The position numbers and the translations under genes were made by a program. DNA of 64,000 nt. It comes from Psammoneis japonica (lineage: Eukaryota). The stretch is from NCBI GenBank assembly GCA_008632985.1, contig QPGO01000010.1, positions 496,001 through 560,000 on the forward strand. The letters run 5' to 3'. Below are positions 49,001 through 62,000 of this stretch, piece by piece. How positions within the stretch are numbered: position 1 is the stretch's first letter; every line of letters begins with the position of its first letter. The notes beneath the pieces are model-generated. The model was not told where the DNA came from. It did not search any database and saw only the letters and a program-made list of their open reading frames with translations.

Positions 49001-49170
49001 TTCGAGTAGAGACTTGGTTGTGCAAATTGCCAAAGTTTTTTTTTACTTTACGACTGCCACCCTTTCTGTAGGTAAGGTATCTAGCCTACGGTAAGAATAT
49101 GACAAGATGGAACGAGGACTCGAGCGAGAATGCAGTATCAAAATGTGAGGTGGTGATATGGGCTACAATC

Positions 49171-49908
49171 TTATCCACAAATCCTCTCCCACTCTTCACG
49201 TCCAATTCCAGGCCGGTAGGCTTCTCGAAAGTCCTGCCAGTCAATGCCATCAACACACCAAGCATTTCTAACCTTGATAAAAGACCAACCAATCGCTACA
49301 AGCAATTCATCTTTTTCTAGTGAACGAAGTCGGCACTCAATCCACGCTGTGCCATCCTCGTAGTCGATCGCCTCGGTAGGAAATACAATTTCATACGGAT
49401 TGTCTTCGAGGCCGACAAGAATCCGGAACTGATTGCTGGGTCGACTCATGGCTAGTTCCAAGGAGGAAGCTACTTTTGAAACTGGCGAATCCAGAGGAGC
49501 TCCCACAGATCGAAACAGAAACTCTCGCCATGGCGGGGTGGATGCGAGCAACAAGGTCGTAAAGCCAAAATCCTTACAGGGCGAGTGTGGCTGCTGAAGT
49601 CCATTCAAAAGTTCTGTCACCACTTCTTCTGGAGACAGGGCTATATTAGGAGGTCTCCGCTGTTGTTCTTCTGATATGATTGTCTCCACCGCTGACTTTC
49701 TCCGCCGAAAACGTTCGAGGTAAAAAGCATCCGGGTTGTCAAAAAGTACAGTGTGCTTTTGTCTCGTTCGCTTAGCGACCTTTGGTCTTTTTGACTCGAT
49801 ACAAAATGCATTTACTTTTCCTTTTGACTGTTTTTGATACAGTGCGCTGTACAAGGACAAGCAAAGAAACGTGAACACACGGTTACGGCTGTGACGACTC
49901 CTCCTCAT
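49171..49908 (-). CDS. Conserved hypothetical protein (~245 aa), possible signal/plastid presequence
   Basis: Likely start MRRSRHS at 49908; globular C-terminal half (W..DGIDWQDFRE.YRPGIGREEW). The longer upstream extension lies in mutated repeat DNA. Confidence 0.65.
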   Translation of the reverse strand: MRRSRHSRNRVFTFLCLSLYSALYQKQSKGKVNAFCIESKRPKVAKRTRQKHTVLFDNPDAFYLERFRRRKSAVETIISEEQQRRPPNIALSPEEVVTELLNGLQQPHSPCKDFGFTTLLLASTPPWREFLFRSVGAPLDSPVSKVASSLELAMSRPSNQFRILVGLEDNPYEIVFPTEAIDYEDGTAWIECRLRSLEKDELLVAIGWSFIKVRNAWCVDGIDWQDFREAYRPGIGREEWERICG

Positions 49909-50029
49909 CGTCGTGGGCCCAACCGTCTGTCGCATTCTGAGTTCGCAGGCTCGCAGGTCGCAGGCTCGCTGTCGCACAGAGCTGCTCACATTTTCGAGTG
50001 GAGAACGCCGCGCACCTCCTGGTTGATCG

Positions 50030-53000
50030 CTCTCCAGCAGGGCCAGGAGAGGTGGGAGTGACTGAGCTGTGTTGCAACCGGCAGCTTCCACATCTTGTTC
50101 TTGCTTGTTGGTCAATCTCTCCCTTGAGCAAGAGATCTGACTTCTTGATGAAGCCCTCAACTGAGGTGGAATGATCCCACCGCACACAATGTGCTCAACA
50201 TGTGTGGGCAGCTCTGCCTGCCTCTGAGTGGGCAATCATGGGGGTCTCCTTGATGCTGGCACTCAGTGACGGCAGCGCACATGAGCTTTGCACATCTGAC
50301 CAAAGCAAGCCCATGCCACTGGTGGCTGCATTTCAATTTGTCCAGCTTGGAAATTGTTGCCACGTGCATCTGAGAGCTGGGGGGTCAGAGATTGGCCACA
50401 TTTCCAGGATGTTGGTGGCAGAGGTCAGAGCAGCAACTTCAATGCTTTGCATTTGAGTGTGCAATGATGAGTTGCAATGACATGCTGAGCATTGAGCCTT
50501 GGCTGTGGTGATGACTCTTGAAGCTCCCACTTCTGTTGTTGTTGGAGAGCTTGGCATGTTGTGCTCTTGCCTCTTTTTGCTTTGTGCACCTGCAGCTGGT
50601 GCTGTGTTGCACTCTGCACCTTGGTTTCTGCTCCTTGACTCTGTCTCTTGCTTGCCAAACATCATGTCATTGAAAAGCATGAGCAGCCATGTGCAGATCC
50701 TCCTGTCCTTGTTGGATGTGCTCCATGTGGCTGTTGGAGCATCATCCAGCAGAGTGAGTGGGCAATGCAAGAAACCTGGAAGTGGGTCCATTGAGAAGAT
50801 GCTTCACATCCTGACCTGTTAAATCTGGTGAAACCTGACAAGTGAGTGTGCAATCATCACTGATCTTGCCAACCTTTTTTGTTTTGGTCATTTTGGAGCA
50901 AATCATCTGGTTCATGCAAACTGCATTGTGGCGTCAGCAGGCACCTTCGCACACAATGAGATCAAAGTTTGTTGTGAGAGCTTCCAGGCAAACCACAGCT
51001 GCCATGGCAACCAGGACAAGTGCAACAAGCAGCACAGGAAACCTTGGACAAGGACTCCTTTTTGGTGACATTGGCTTGTTGGCTCAACAGCAGCTGCGCA
51101 TGAGAAGGGCCAAGCACGTTGCAAACCAACAATCTGGGACACCAACAAGGTGCAATGACAAAAGGAGGTGTGCAACTTGGCTTGTGCTGCTGCAAATGTT
51201 TGTGAAGAGAGTTTTCTGTGCCTGCAGCATGCACTTGCACAAAAGCTGTGTGTTTCAGTGCCTGTGCTTCTTGCAAGAAATGTGGGAGTGACAAAGGAGG
51301 GAAAAAGAAGAAGAAGAAGACTGCTTTGGACCAGTCAATCCAGAAGATCTTGCTGCTGCAAATGACAACGAGAGCAACACTGATGTTGCAAAACAAAACC
51401 CTCCAACACAAACTGTGGAGCTGCAAAATCACAAGAACACAGCAACAAAAACTGAAAAGGAAATGTGGCAGGCTGTGGAAGAAGAGTGGGGCAAGAAGGA
51501 CACATTGCTGCAGAGCCCAAGTCCAAGGCAAAAAGAGAAGGTTGGCTCCTCAATCTTGCACATCTCATCCTCTCACTCCCCCCTGGAGCTTGGGCACAAT
51601 TGTTTTGTTCTGGTGCCAAAAATGTTGCTGAGTCATGTGTCTGTGGAATTTTCCCAGCATGTCAAAAAAACAGATGACAAATCACAGGGACATCAAGCAC
51701 AAAAGAAGGCTCCTGCATCACAGTGTGTTGCAGTGAGCTGCACCTGCTGGTGCAGCAGCACTGTCCTTTTTGGAAAGCTGCCGCCCCTGCAACAGCAAGA
51801 CATGCAGAGTTTGAGCCCTGCATGGCACAGCCTCTTCATGCATGAAATGTCAACCTCAGTGACTCTTGGTTGCTTGCAGCAAGAGGAGTTGTGCTGCAGA
51901 GTGCCAAGTTTGACTGTCCTTGTGCGCTGCTGCTGGGACTCAAACTCTGCATGTCCAGACCCATCTGTCATTGGAGCAGCAGTTTTTTTTTTCACAAAAG
52001 ACTGTCACAATTTCCAATCAATCAGATTTGTCACATCACAAGTGTGCCACTCTTTTGCTGCTTTGCTGTGTGGGGCAGTGCAAGGTGTGGCAGGCAGCAT
52101 GAGATGATTGTGCTTGCACCACACAGTGTTTTCAGTGCACACTCTCCTCTCCACCAAAACTGCACTGGATCACAAGCTGCAAAGGCCACCGCCAAGCTTG
52201 TCAAAGATTTGATGATGCCGAATGTGGACAAAAATGAGAATTGAGCAGAGAGCTCTTGCGGTGTCTGCTTCAGTCTGTGTGTTTTGGTTTTTTGTGCTTG
52301 TGTTGGCACGATCTCATGTGGGTGCCCAAAGGAAGTGCCAGATGACTGTAGACATCTGTCTTCTGTCTTTTGAGAGCTGTTTCTTTGAGACCACACAAGA
52401 CAGTTTTGTCAAATGACAAGAATCACATTGTTCTCATGTCATGTTCACCAAGACAACAAGACACAGCTGTTCAGCAAAGCACCCAATTTGGTGGTGAGTT
52501 TTTGAGTCAGTTGATCTGACCACATTTCAATGAAGCCAACGGCCAGACTGAAACCCTTCAAAAGCCACATTGTGTGTGTTGGGGCACACATGCGTTGGTC
52601 AATTTTTGAGAACATTCCCAGAAAGTTGGTTTGCCAAACATCAGTGCTTTGCATTTGAGTGTGCACCATGGTGAGCTGCAATGACATGCTGGTTTTTCTT
52701 GGACCTCAGCTGTTGTTGTTTAAGTTGGGTGGCAAACACCCCCCATTTGCTTTGGCTGTTTCTGCCGCACCACTCTGTCTTGATTTTTCTGCACTTTGAC
52801 TCTGCATCTTGCTTGCCAAACACCACATTGTTGAAAAGCAGCATGAGTGACAACAACACGCACAAGTTCTGTCATTGTTGAATGCTCCTGACATTTCTTG
52901 GGTTGTGGCTGGTGCATGCAAGGATCAACATCTGTGCGAATGTGCTTGCTGGTGGATGTCATGGCCAATGGCCAGCACTCAGATGATTGTCAGGCTTGCC

Positions 53001-56000
53001 TTTGCTTGGGCAATGGCGCCACATCCACGGGGTGCAAAGCCTCCATCTGGCATGCTGCTGCAGCTCCTCCCATGTTGGACTGCATTTGCCAATGCAACAA
53101 TTGGATGGAGTCCATTGCTGACATGACAGATTGGCAAGTGCACTGTTCTTTCTATGGCACAACTTGTTCATGAGCTCCTTCTTCCAAAAAAGAATGAGGC
53201 TGCTCATCAGTGCAACCCTGTCTGCCCTCACTCTTGCCTTTCTTGTGGGCATCCAATGGAAGACAGAGGGACTCTTCTCTGAGGATTGTGCAGGTGCTTC
53301 AACACAATGGACACTGTGCCTCCCTTGCATGATTTTCTTGTTTCACCTCTGGAATCATCATGGCTTGAGGGGCGGATCTCAGCCACCTGTGAGTCGGATG
53401 TTGATCCCATGCTGTGCTCACTTTGGCATGAACAGAGTGACATGTCAGATGGCGACAATTGTTCAATGATGTCTTTTGACACTGCAGAGCACTTTCCAGG
53501 AGATTCTCATGTGTGGGAGTCAGGCCTGCTTGTTTTTCAACATCAGGAAGACAATGCAGTGCAAATCAGCTCACATGTGTGGAGCTCATGGCAAGAATTG
53601 TGGGATGCTCACAACAAGAACATTCATGGTCACAATGCATCAAGACTCCCAAGTCTTCACAGTGTTGGTTGGAAGGAGGCTGAACCAACTGCTGCTGCAC
53701 ACAACAGATGCCAAGAATGCCTGGCTGAGAATCATGGTTGCTCTGGTGAAGGGTGTCAATGAGCACCTTGCTCACTCAACAACAAAAATGCAAAACTGGG
53801 CCTTTATGGTTGAACTGCACCTTGAGGAGAGTCTCAAAGAGGTGAGGCATTTCACCCTTTGTGGCACCACTTGAACCATTGTCACCTGTTTCAGTGGGGT
53901 GTCACCCTCTGACCCCTTGGGCTGGGTGGTTTTGCTCATTTGGGGATTCCCCAAAATGGCCAGGGTGAGAGGGGGTTGCCTCACCCTTTTGGGGAGTGGG
54001 GACAACCCAAATGAGGGCAATTTGGTGGGAACAAATGCCTGAAAAGGCTCGTGGGGAGGGGAACAAAAAACAAGTGGATCGCGGCAATTTCGAATTGATT
54101 TGGTTTGGGCGGGTGTGCTTCTCAATGCAACAGAGTCAAGCGAAGCTGAGCAAGCAATGCATCCACCAGCAGAGAACATCAATCACGCAACACTCTGCAT
54201 TTGGAGCTTGCCACCATTGCTGTTGCACTGTTGCACCACAGATCATTCTTCTTCACTGCTGCTGATGATGATGCCACTGCTGCTGCAGCCCATGAGAGTG
54301 ACAAAGGTCAGCGATCACCCCAGCAAGCATGGCTTTTGCACGTTGCACAGCTGGCTGATGGTTGGCCAGAAGTGGCTCCTCCTCCACCAGAGCTGGCCGA
54401 GCATGCCATCATAGATGTTTTTTGGATCTGCAGATGCACAGATCCAACAGCGCTGCTGCAACAGTGAACGGCGCTGCTGCTGTGCTGCCGCTTGGTCAAC
54501 AAAGCAGCCGCTGACGACTTGCTGATGGCCTTGGCAAAACAGCAACTTCTGTGGCAGCTAACGCTCATCTCTTGGCTGCCACTTGTTCTTGCAAGGAATT
54601 GTGCAGTCCACCATGACACCACTTGGCACAGCTCTGGGAGATCTTGGCATTGCAGGTCTTGACGTGCATCTTCTTGATCTTGCAGAGATGGGGGTGACTG
54701 CTTTCATTGCATTGGGCCCTTTGTGCGACTGCTTGCGCCAGCCACACATCCAACCAGCTGCATCTTTAGACACACATTTGTCATCTCAGATGCTTTTGGA
54801 TTGCTGCTGGGAGCTCTTCGTCATCCTTGGTGACAGCAGCAACACTGCAGTTGACACTCTCATGTGAGCATTGCCCTGCTGCTCTTTGTCACTCATGTGC
54901 CAACAAGCATTTTGTGAGGAAAAGTCAGCCCTGAAATGTGAGCAACAAAGATGAGGGTGCATGAAACTGAATGAAGAGGATGTGGGTGAGCACACAAATG
55001 ACAAGATGCAGCAGCAGATCTCAATGAAAAAAACATGCCGGATGCGCGGCATGAAAAACAAAGAAAGATGCAGCACCAATGTGGCAAGAACGAAAAGATG
55101 CTGCATCAAGGTGGCAATGAATGGAGCAACTGTTGAAGAGACAGCTGATGCAAGGGTTCATTGACTTGTTGGGTGTCATCTGAATGAAAAGATGTGGCTG
55201 CCACACACGTCACAATGAGAAACATGCAGCAGCACCAGCTGTGTGGCATCAGAAAAAAATCAGGTGGCATGAACATGGCAGCAATGAAAATCTGTTGCAG
55301 CTGTGGAGAAGCTGCAGCAGCTGCCATTGTCAAAGATTGGTGCTCCAAAGAACCATTGAAGCAGCAGCATGTGGAGGGTGATGTGTGATGTCTGAATGGA
55401 GCTGACAGCCGCAACATGCATCTGTGGTGCAAGTGTCAAATCGCACAGGGGAAGCACAGGGAATTTCCAGTGCACAAATTTTCATTCATGCATTTGGCAC
55501 CACGTGTGTGACAGAGCATCATTCATCACAATTTCCCAGGAATTGACACTTCCTGTGGAAATTTGTGGTGAAAGGTGGCAATCCTGGGGAACTTTGGGGA
55601 ATCCTGCAGCAAAAGGAACCAAACTGAGCTTCTGGCAATGCCCACACCGCCGGCTGGTCCATGTCAGCTCCCACCACATTGTTGGGTGTGCTGGGAGTGT
55701 GGGTCAACTGCCACCAACCTGGCTGGCAATGGAGAGGCAGCAGCACCAACAAAATTGGATCTGTCATTTTTGTCATTGTTGAATGCTCAAATGGCTGCAC
55801 ACAAACAAAAGGGCCAAGCAAGCAAGCTGCGATCAATGGTGTGGGGCACAGATGTGAGGCACAATGACAAAATGAGGCATCATGGCTTGGTTTGTGCTGC
55901 AGATGTTTGTGACAAGAGCTTCCCACAACTGGAGCATGTTTTTTGGCACTTGTGCTTGCAAAAATGGGGCTGAGGTAAAAAAAGAACAAGCCTGTTTTGA

Positions 56001-59000
56001 ACACTTGTCAAACCAAAAGATCTTGTTGCAAATGAGAAAGAGAATGATGCCACCAACACCATGAGACAAAACCCTCTGCACAGACTGCAGGGCTGCAAAA
56101 TCACAAAAGTGTTGCAACAAAAACTGAAAAGGAGGTGTGGACTGTGGAAAAGAAGAGTGGGGCAAGGGGAGGACAAAACAATGTTGCAGAGCCCAAATCC
56201 AGATTTGTTTTAGAAAACCTGCACCCCATCTTCTCCCCCCCCTTTTCCTCTCCTGGAGGAGCCAGCATGCACTTGCTGCTCTGCTCTTGCCAAAAATGCA
56301 GCTGAGCAATCAACTCTTTTGACATGAGCAAAAACCATTTTGCCAAAGAAGACTTTGCTGCTGTTGCTCATTCACAAGCATGGGGTGGAGCAGCCACTGG
56401 CCAGAAGAGTTGTCCATTGTTGTTCTTGATCTGCAGCTGCTGGACAAATCAGAGATTGAAGCCTGCTTGTGGCACTTTCCTGCTTTGACTGGCAACTTGA
56501 GAACTGGGTGTCATTGTTGGCAAGAGCTGGCCCATTGGTGGTGGTGGGCATGTGGGCAAATGAGAGCAAAATTCATGGACCACATTTGCCCACTTTGACC
56601 AGCCATTGAGACCAAAAACATTTCATCACACTTCATTTCACAGAGGACAATTGCTGGCTGTAACCACAGCACAGCAAACATTCATTGTTGAGCAAACACA
56701 GATCCTGGTGGTTGTTGCCTGGAACCAGTTTGCAGCACTGTTTGCTCTGCCACTGTTGTTGTTGTTGTTGTTGTTGTTTGGACCATCACTCTGCAATGAC
56801 CTTTGCAGGTGTGCAACACAGGGACTCTGACTTTCCTTGAATCTCTCAGCCTGTCACTTTCTCAAAAATTCTTTCCAGAAATCGTGCACACTGGGGAGGG
56901 TTGTCAGTGCTGCGTCTTGCCCTGCCATGCACTTGCAAGTTGTTGCCAAACATTGCCATGGGGGGTGAGCACTTTTTTCTTTTTTTGCTTTTTTTGTGTG
57001 CAGCTGGTGCTTTGCTCTTTTTTCAAATGGTGCCAGTGCCCACATTGACAGAGCTCCTGCTGTGTTGCACACTTGTCCATGTTGTTGGATGGCAGCTGTT
57101 GATCACATGCAGCAACCCTCTTGTTTTGATTTTGTCAACATCTGCAAGAGTGACACACCACTGTCTCACAAAAATTCAGCAGTCTCTCTGCCACCACCCT
57201 CTGGATCTCTTTCCTCTTTGAGTTTCTGTGCATTGTGCCTCCTCTCTCAAAGCTCTGCACAGTGGCTGGTCATGCACCCCCAAAACTCAATGCACCCATG
57301 TCTTTTTGAACAATTGATGAACTCCTTTTCCCACAGCAGGCTCCAATTTTCTCTCTAAAGTCACTGGTGAAAACATGTTTTTTGGCTCCCACCACCACAC
57401 TGGGCTTGTCCAGCCAGCAAATTGCACTTCAATGCAGCAACATTCTTTTGAAGCTTTTCTAAGTCCTTTTTGCACACAATCATGGCAGAGAGGAACTGGT
57501 GGACAGCACACACATTGGTGTCACAATGTCCTCAAGTCATGTTCATGGAAACAACAAGAGAGCTGTTCAGCAAAGCCGAGTGCAATCTGTGCACTGCCTG
57601 GCAGCCAGCATGCATTTGAGGCAGTTAATCTGATCAAATTCTCGTTGTGTGGCAACAGCCAGATTTGTTCAATGCTCTGTGGTGCATGCAATGATTTGCA
57701 GGAGAGGTGGTGGGAGTGACTGAGCCATGTTGTTGCAACCAAAAAGACTTCTTGATGAACAAGACCTCAGCTGAGCATGGATGATCGCGCAACATTGTGT
57801 GCTCACAGAGTGCACACCACAGCTCCTCTCAATGGTGGGTGACAATGCCTCCCCTCAATGCCAGCACTGGGTGATGACAGTGGTGTGGTGTGGTGGGTCA
57901 CTCACCACTCTTTGCTGTGTGTGTGCACACAACACAAGAGCTTCATGGGAGCCTGCCAAAGCAGACTGATGCTGCTGGCCACATGTTTTTTTTCTCAGGT
58001 TGGTGTGAGAGCTCAGGTCAATCATGCCATTTGCCTGAAAAGCCAGCAGCCATGATTCGATGCTCTGCATTGTTCATGCATGTGTGGCAAGTTGTGGCAA
58101 TGTGCCAAACACATCAAACCTTGGCTGTGGCAATGACTCTTGGAGCATTGTTGCCTTTTTGCTTTGGCTCTTGTTGCTGTTTCACTTTGTGTTGGTTTCT
58201 GCTCATTGTCTCAGTTTCTTTCTTGCCACACATCCGTGTTCTTGTTAAAAGCACACACAAGCAGCCACATGCAAATCCTGCCTCCTTTTTGGATGCTTTT
58301 GTTGCCAAAATGCAAAGCACTTCTTTGCAAATCAACATTGTGGGGCATGTTGCAGCAAGGCACAATGTGGCAAATGTGGCAAAAAGAGGCAGAAGACTTG
58401 GTTTGTGCTGCAACAGATGTTTGTGAAGAGAGCTTCTCTCTCCACACTGCACGTGCCTGCACAAAAAATCAAGTTCCTTTTAGCCACTGTGCTTGCCCAC
58501 AAAATGGGGCCAAGGAAAAAAAAAAGATTGCTCTGGGCTGCTGGTCAAAACAAAATGCTCTCCAGTGCAGCTGTGAAAAGGAAGTGTGTGCTGCACAAAG
58601 AACAGTGGGACAAGGAGGGCACACTGCTGCAGTGCTCAACAAATCCAAGAGCAAGAAAAGAAGGTTGGCTCTTGAATGTTGCATCTCACCCCCTTGCTCC
58701 CACCTGGAGCTTGTGTCCAAAATGCAAAATTGTTGCTCTGGTGGCCAAAAATGATGCTGAGTTGCTCATGTCTGAAAACCTTCACACTTGCATCATGTAA
58801 AAAAAAAACAGATGACAAATCACAACACCTGGTGCAGAATGACATGGTCTTTTTTGAAAAACTGCTGTTCCCACCACAGCTGATGGATGTGCAGACATCC
58901 TTTCAGCACCTGTGCTGGCTCACAAAATGGGGCCAAGGCAAGAAAAGAAGAACAAGACTGCTCTGGTCTTGTTGATCCAGATGATCTTGTTGCAAATGAC

Positions 59001-62000
59001 AAAGAGAGGCAATTGTGGCTGTGAGACAAAATCCTCTCCAGTGCAGACTGGCTGTGGGAGGCTGAACAGTCACAAGAGCAATGCAATGAAGATTGAAATG
59101 GAAGTGTGTGCTGTGGAAAAGGAGTGAGACAAGAGTGGGAGAGCACATTGCTGCAGAGCCCAAATCCAAGAGCAAGAAAAGAAGGTTGGCTCTTCAACAT
59201 TGCATCTCACCCTTGTTCGCACATGGAGATTGTGAGCAAAATTGTTGCTCTGGCCAAAAATGCAGCTGAGTCACTCATGTCTGAAACTCTGCCTTCATCA
59301 TGTCAAGAAACAGATGACAAATCACAGAAACAACAAGTGTTCAAGAGAAGGTTCTTGCATTGCAGTGTGTCACAGAGGGCTGCACACTTGCTGGCAAAGC
59401 AGCACTGTCTTTTGTAGAAAGCTGCTGTCTTGACAACAGAAAGACACACAGAGTTTGAGTCCTGGCACAAAGGCAGTGCTTTGAGTGCAGCTCCTGCACA
59501 GCCTCTTCATGCATGAAGTGTCAATCTCAGTGACTCTCACTTGCTTGCAGCAGGAGGAGTTGCACCGCAGACTGCCAAGTTTGACTGCCCCCTTCTTGCG
59601 GTGGCTGCTTCTGGGGCTCTCAAGCTCCACATGTCCAGCTGTCATTGGAGTGGCAGTTTTCCAAAAAAGACTGTCATGATTTCCAATCAATTGAACTTGT
59701 TGCATCACAAGTGTGCTGCTGTCCCTTTGCTGTGTGGGGCACCAGGGAGGTGTTGCATCATGAGATTGTTCTCAGCATTTTGTGCACACCTTGCCACCAA
59801 AACTGTGCCGGATCACATTTGCAAGCTGCCAAGGCCACCACCAAGCTTGTCAAAGAGGCCTGCAATGAAGCAAGATGATGCGAAATGTGGACAAAAACAA
59901 GAATTGTTCAGAGCTCTTGCATGGTGCCGTCTGCCTCAGGCTCTGTGTGTTTTGTTTTTTTTGTGCTTCTTGGTGGCCTTGTGTTGGCATGAGGATCCAT
60001 TTCATGTGAGTGTGTGCAAAGGAAGTGCAAGACAGCTGCAGATGTCCGTCTTCTTCAGAGCACTTCCTTTGAGACCACAAGACATTTTTGTCAAACAAGA
60101 AGAACCACAATGTTTTCTCATGTCATGTTCATGAAGGCAACAAGACACAGCAGTCAAGTGAAGCATGCAGCAATTTAGCAGCGTGCGTTTAAGTCAGTTG
60201 ATCTGAGCACATTCATGCAAAGTTGATTGCCAGACTTCAACCCTTTGATTGACTGCCTGACCACCTGCACTGACAACATTGGTGGTGTTGCTGTGGGTGT
60301 GTTTGTGAAGAGAGTTTTCCATGCCTGCTGCAGTGTGCTTGCACAAAAGCAGTGTGTTTCAGCACTTGGTGTGCTTGCAAGGAATGTGGGAGCACAAGGA
60401 GGCAAAAAAAGAAGAAGAAGACTGTTTTGGACTTGTCAATCCAAAAGATCTTGCTGCTGTAAATGACAAGGAGAATGCACTGATGTTGTGAAACAAGAAA
60501 ACCCTCTGGTGCAAACTGTGGAGCTGCCAAATCACAAGAACCCAGCAACAAAAACTGAAAAGAAAGTGTGGGCTGTGGGAAAGAAGAGTGGGACAAGAAA
60601 GGCACATTGCTGCAGAGCCCAAATCCAAAGCAAAAAGAGAAGGTTGGCTCTTCAATCTTGTGCATCTCATCCTCTCACTCCCTGCTTGCTGGAGCTTGTG
60701 CACAATTGTTGTGTGACAGTGCCAATGATGTTGTTGAGTCATGTCTAAAACTTTGCCAGCATGTCAAATGAAAATGGATGACAGGAAATTCTTTGAACAA
60801 CAAAAACAAAAGAAGGCTCCTGCATCACAGTGCACTGCAGTGAGCTGCACCTGCTGTGAGTTGAAGCAGCGCTGTCTTTTTTGGAAAGCCACTGCCCCTG
60901 CAACAGCAAGACATGCAGAGTTTGAGCCCTGGCACAATGACACTGCTGTGAGTGTGGCTCATGCACAGCCTCTTCATGCATGAAATGTCAATCTCAGGAA
61001 CTCTTGGTTGCTTGCAGCAGGAGAAGCTGTGCCACAGATTGCCAAGTTTGACTGTCCTTGTGCTGCTGGGGCTGCCTCAAGCTTTGCATGTCCAGCTGCT
61101 GTCATTGTTGGAGCAACAGTTTTCCACAAAAGACTGTCATGATTTCCAATCAATCTGAGTTGTCACATCACAAGTGTGCTGTTCCTTTGCTGTGTGGGGC
61201 AGTGTGAGGTGCAGCAGCACAAGATTGTGCTTGCACACAGTGTTTTTGCGCACTCTTTTCTCCACCACCAAAACTGTGCTGGGTCACATTTGTGAACTGC
61301 CAAGGCCATCACCAAGCTTGCAAAAGATTTGATGATTTTGAATGTGAAAAAAATGAGAATTGTGCAGCTGGCTCTTCCCCACTGTCTGCTTCAGTTTGTG
61401 GTGTTTTGGTTTTTTGAGCTTGTGCAGGCATGATCTCATGTTGGTGCCCAAAGGAAGTGCCAGACAGCTGCAGATGTTCATCCTCTTGAGAGCAGCTCCT
61501 TTGAGACCACAAGATCATGTTCTTGTCAAATGACAAGGATCACAATGTTCTCATGCCATGTTCATGAAGATAATGAAACACAGCCATTCAGCAAAGCACA
61601 CAATTTGGCAGTGTGCATTTGAGTCATTTGATCCAACCACATTCCAAGAACATGTTCCAAGGATGTGAGGCCAATGGCCAGACTGAAACCCTTTAAGAGT
61701 CACGCTGTGTGCATTGAGGTGCAAATGAGTTTTGGTCAATTTTTGAGCACATTTCCAGAAAGTTGGTTTGCCAGACATCAATGCTTTGCATGTTTGAGTG
61801 TGCACAATGGTGAGAGTTGCAAGGATGCACTGGTTGTTGGACCTTGGCTGTTGTTGTTGGAGTTGGGCAGCAAACACCGCCCCTTTGCTTTGGCTGTTTC
61901 TGCTGCACTCTGTCTTGATTTTTCTCCTCTTGCATCAGATCTGCTGTGTTCTTGCTTGCCAAACACCACGTCATTGAAAAGTGGCACAAGTGCCACATGT

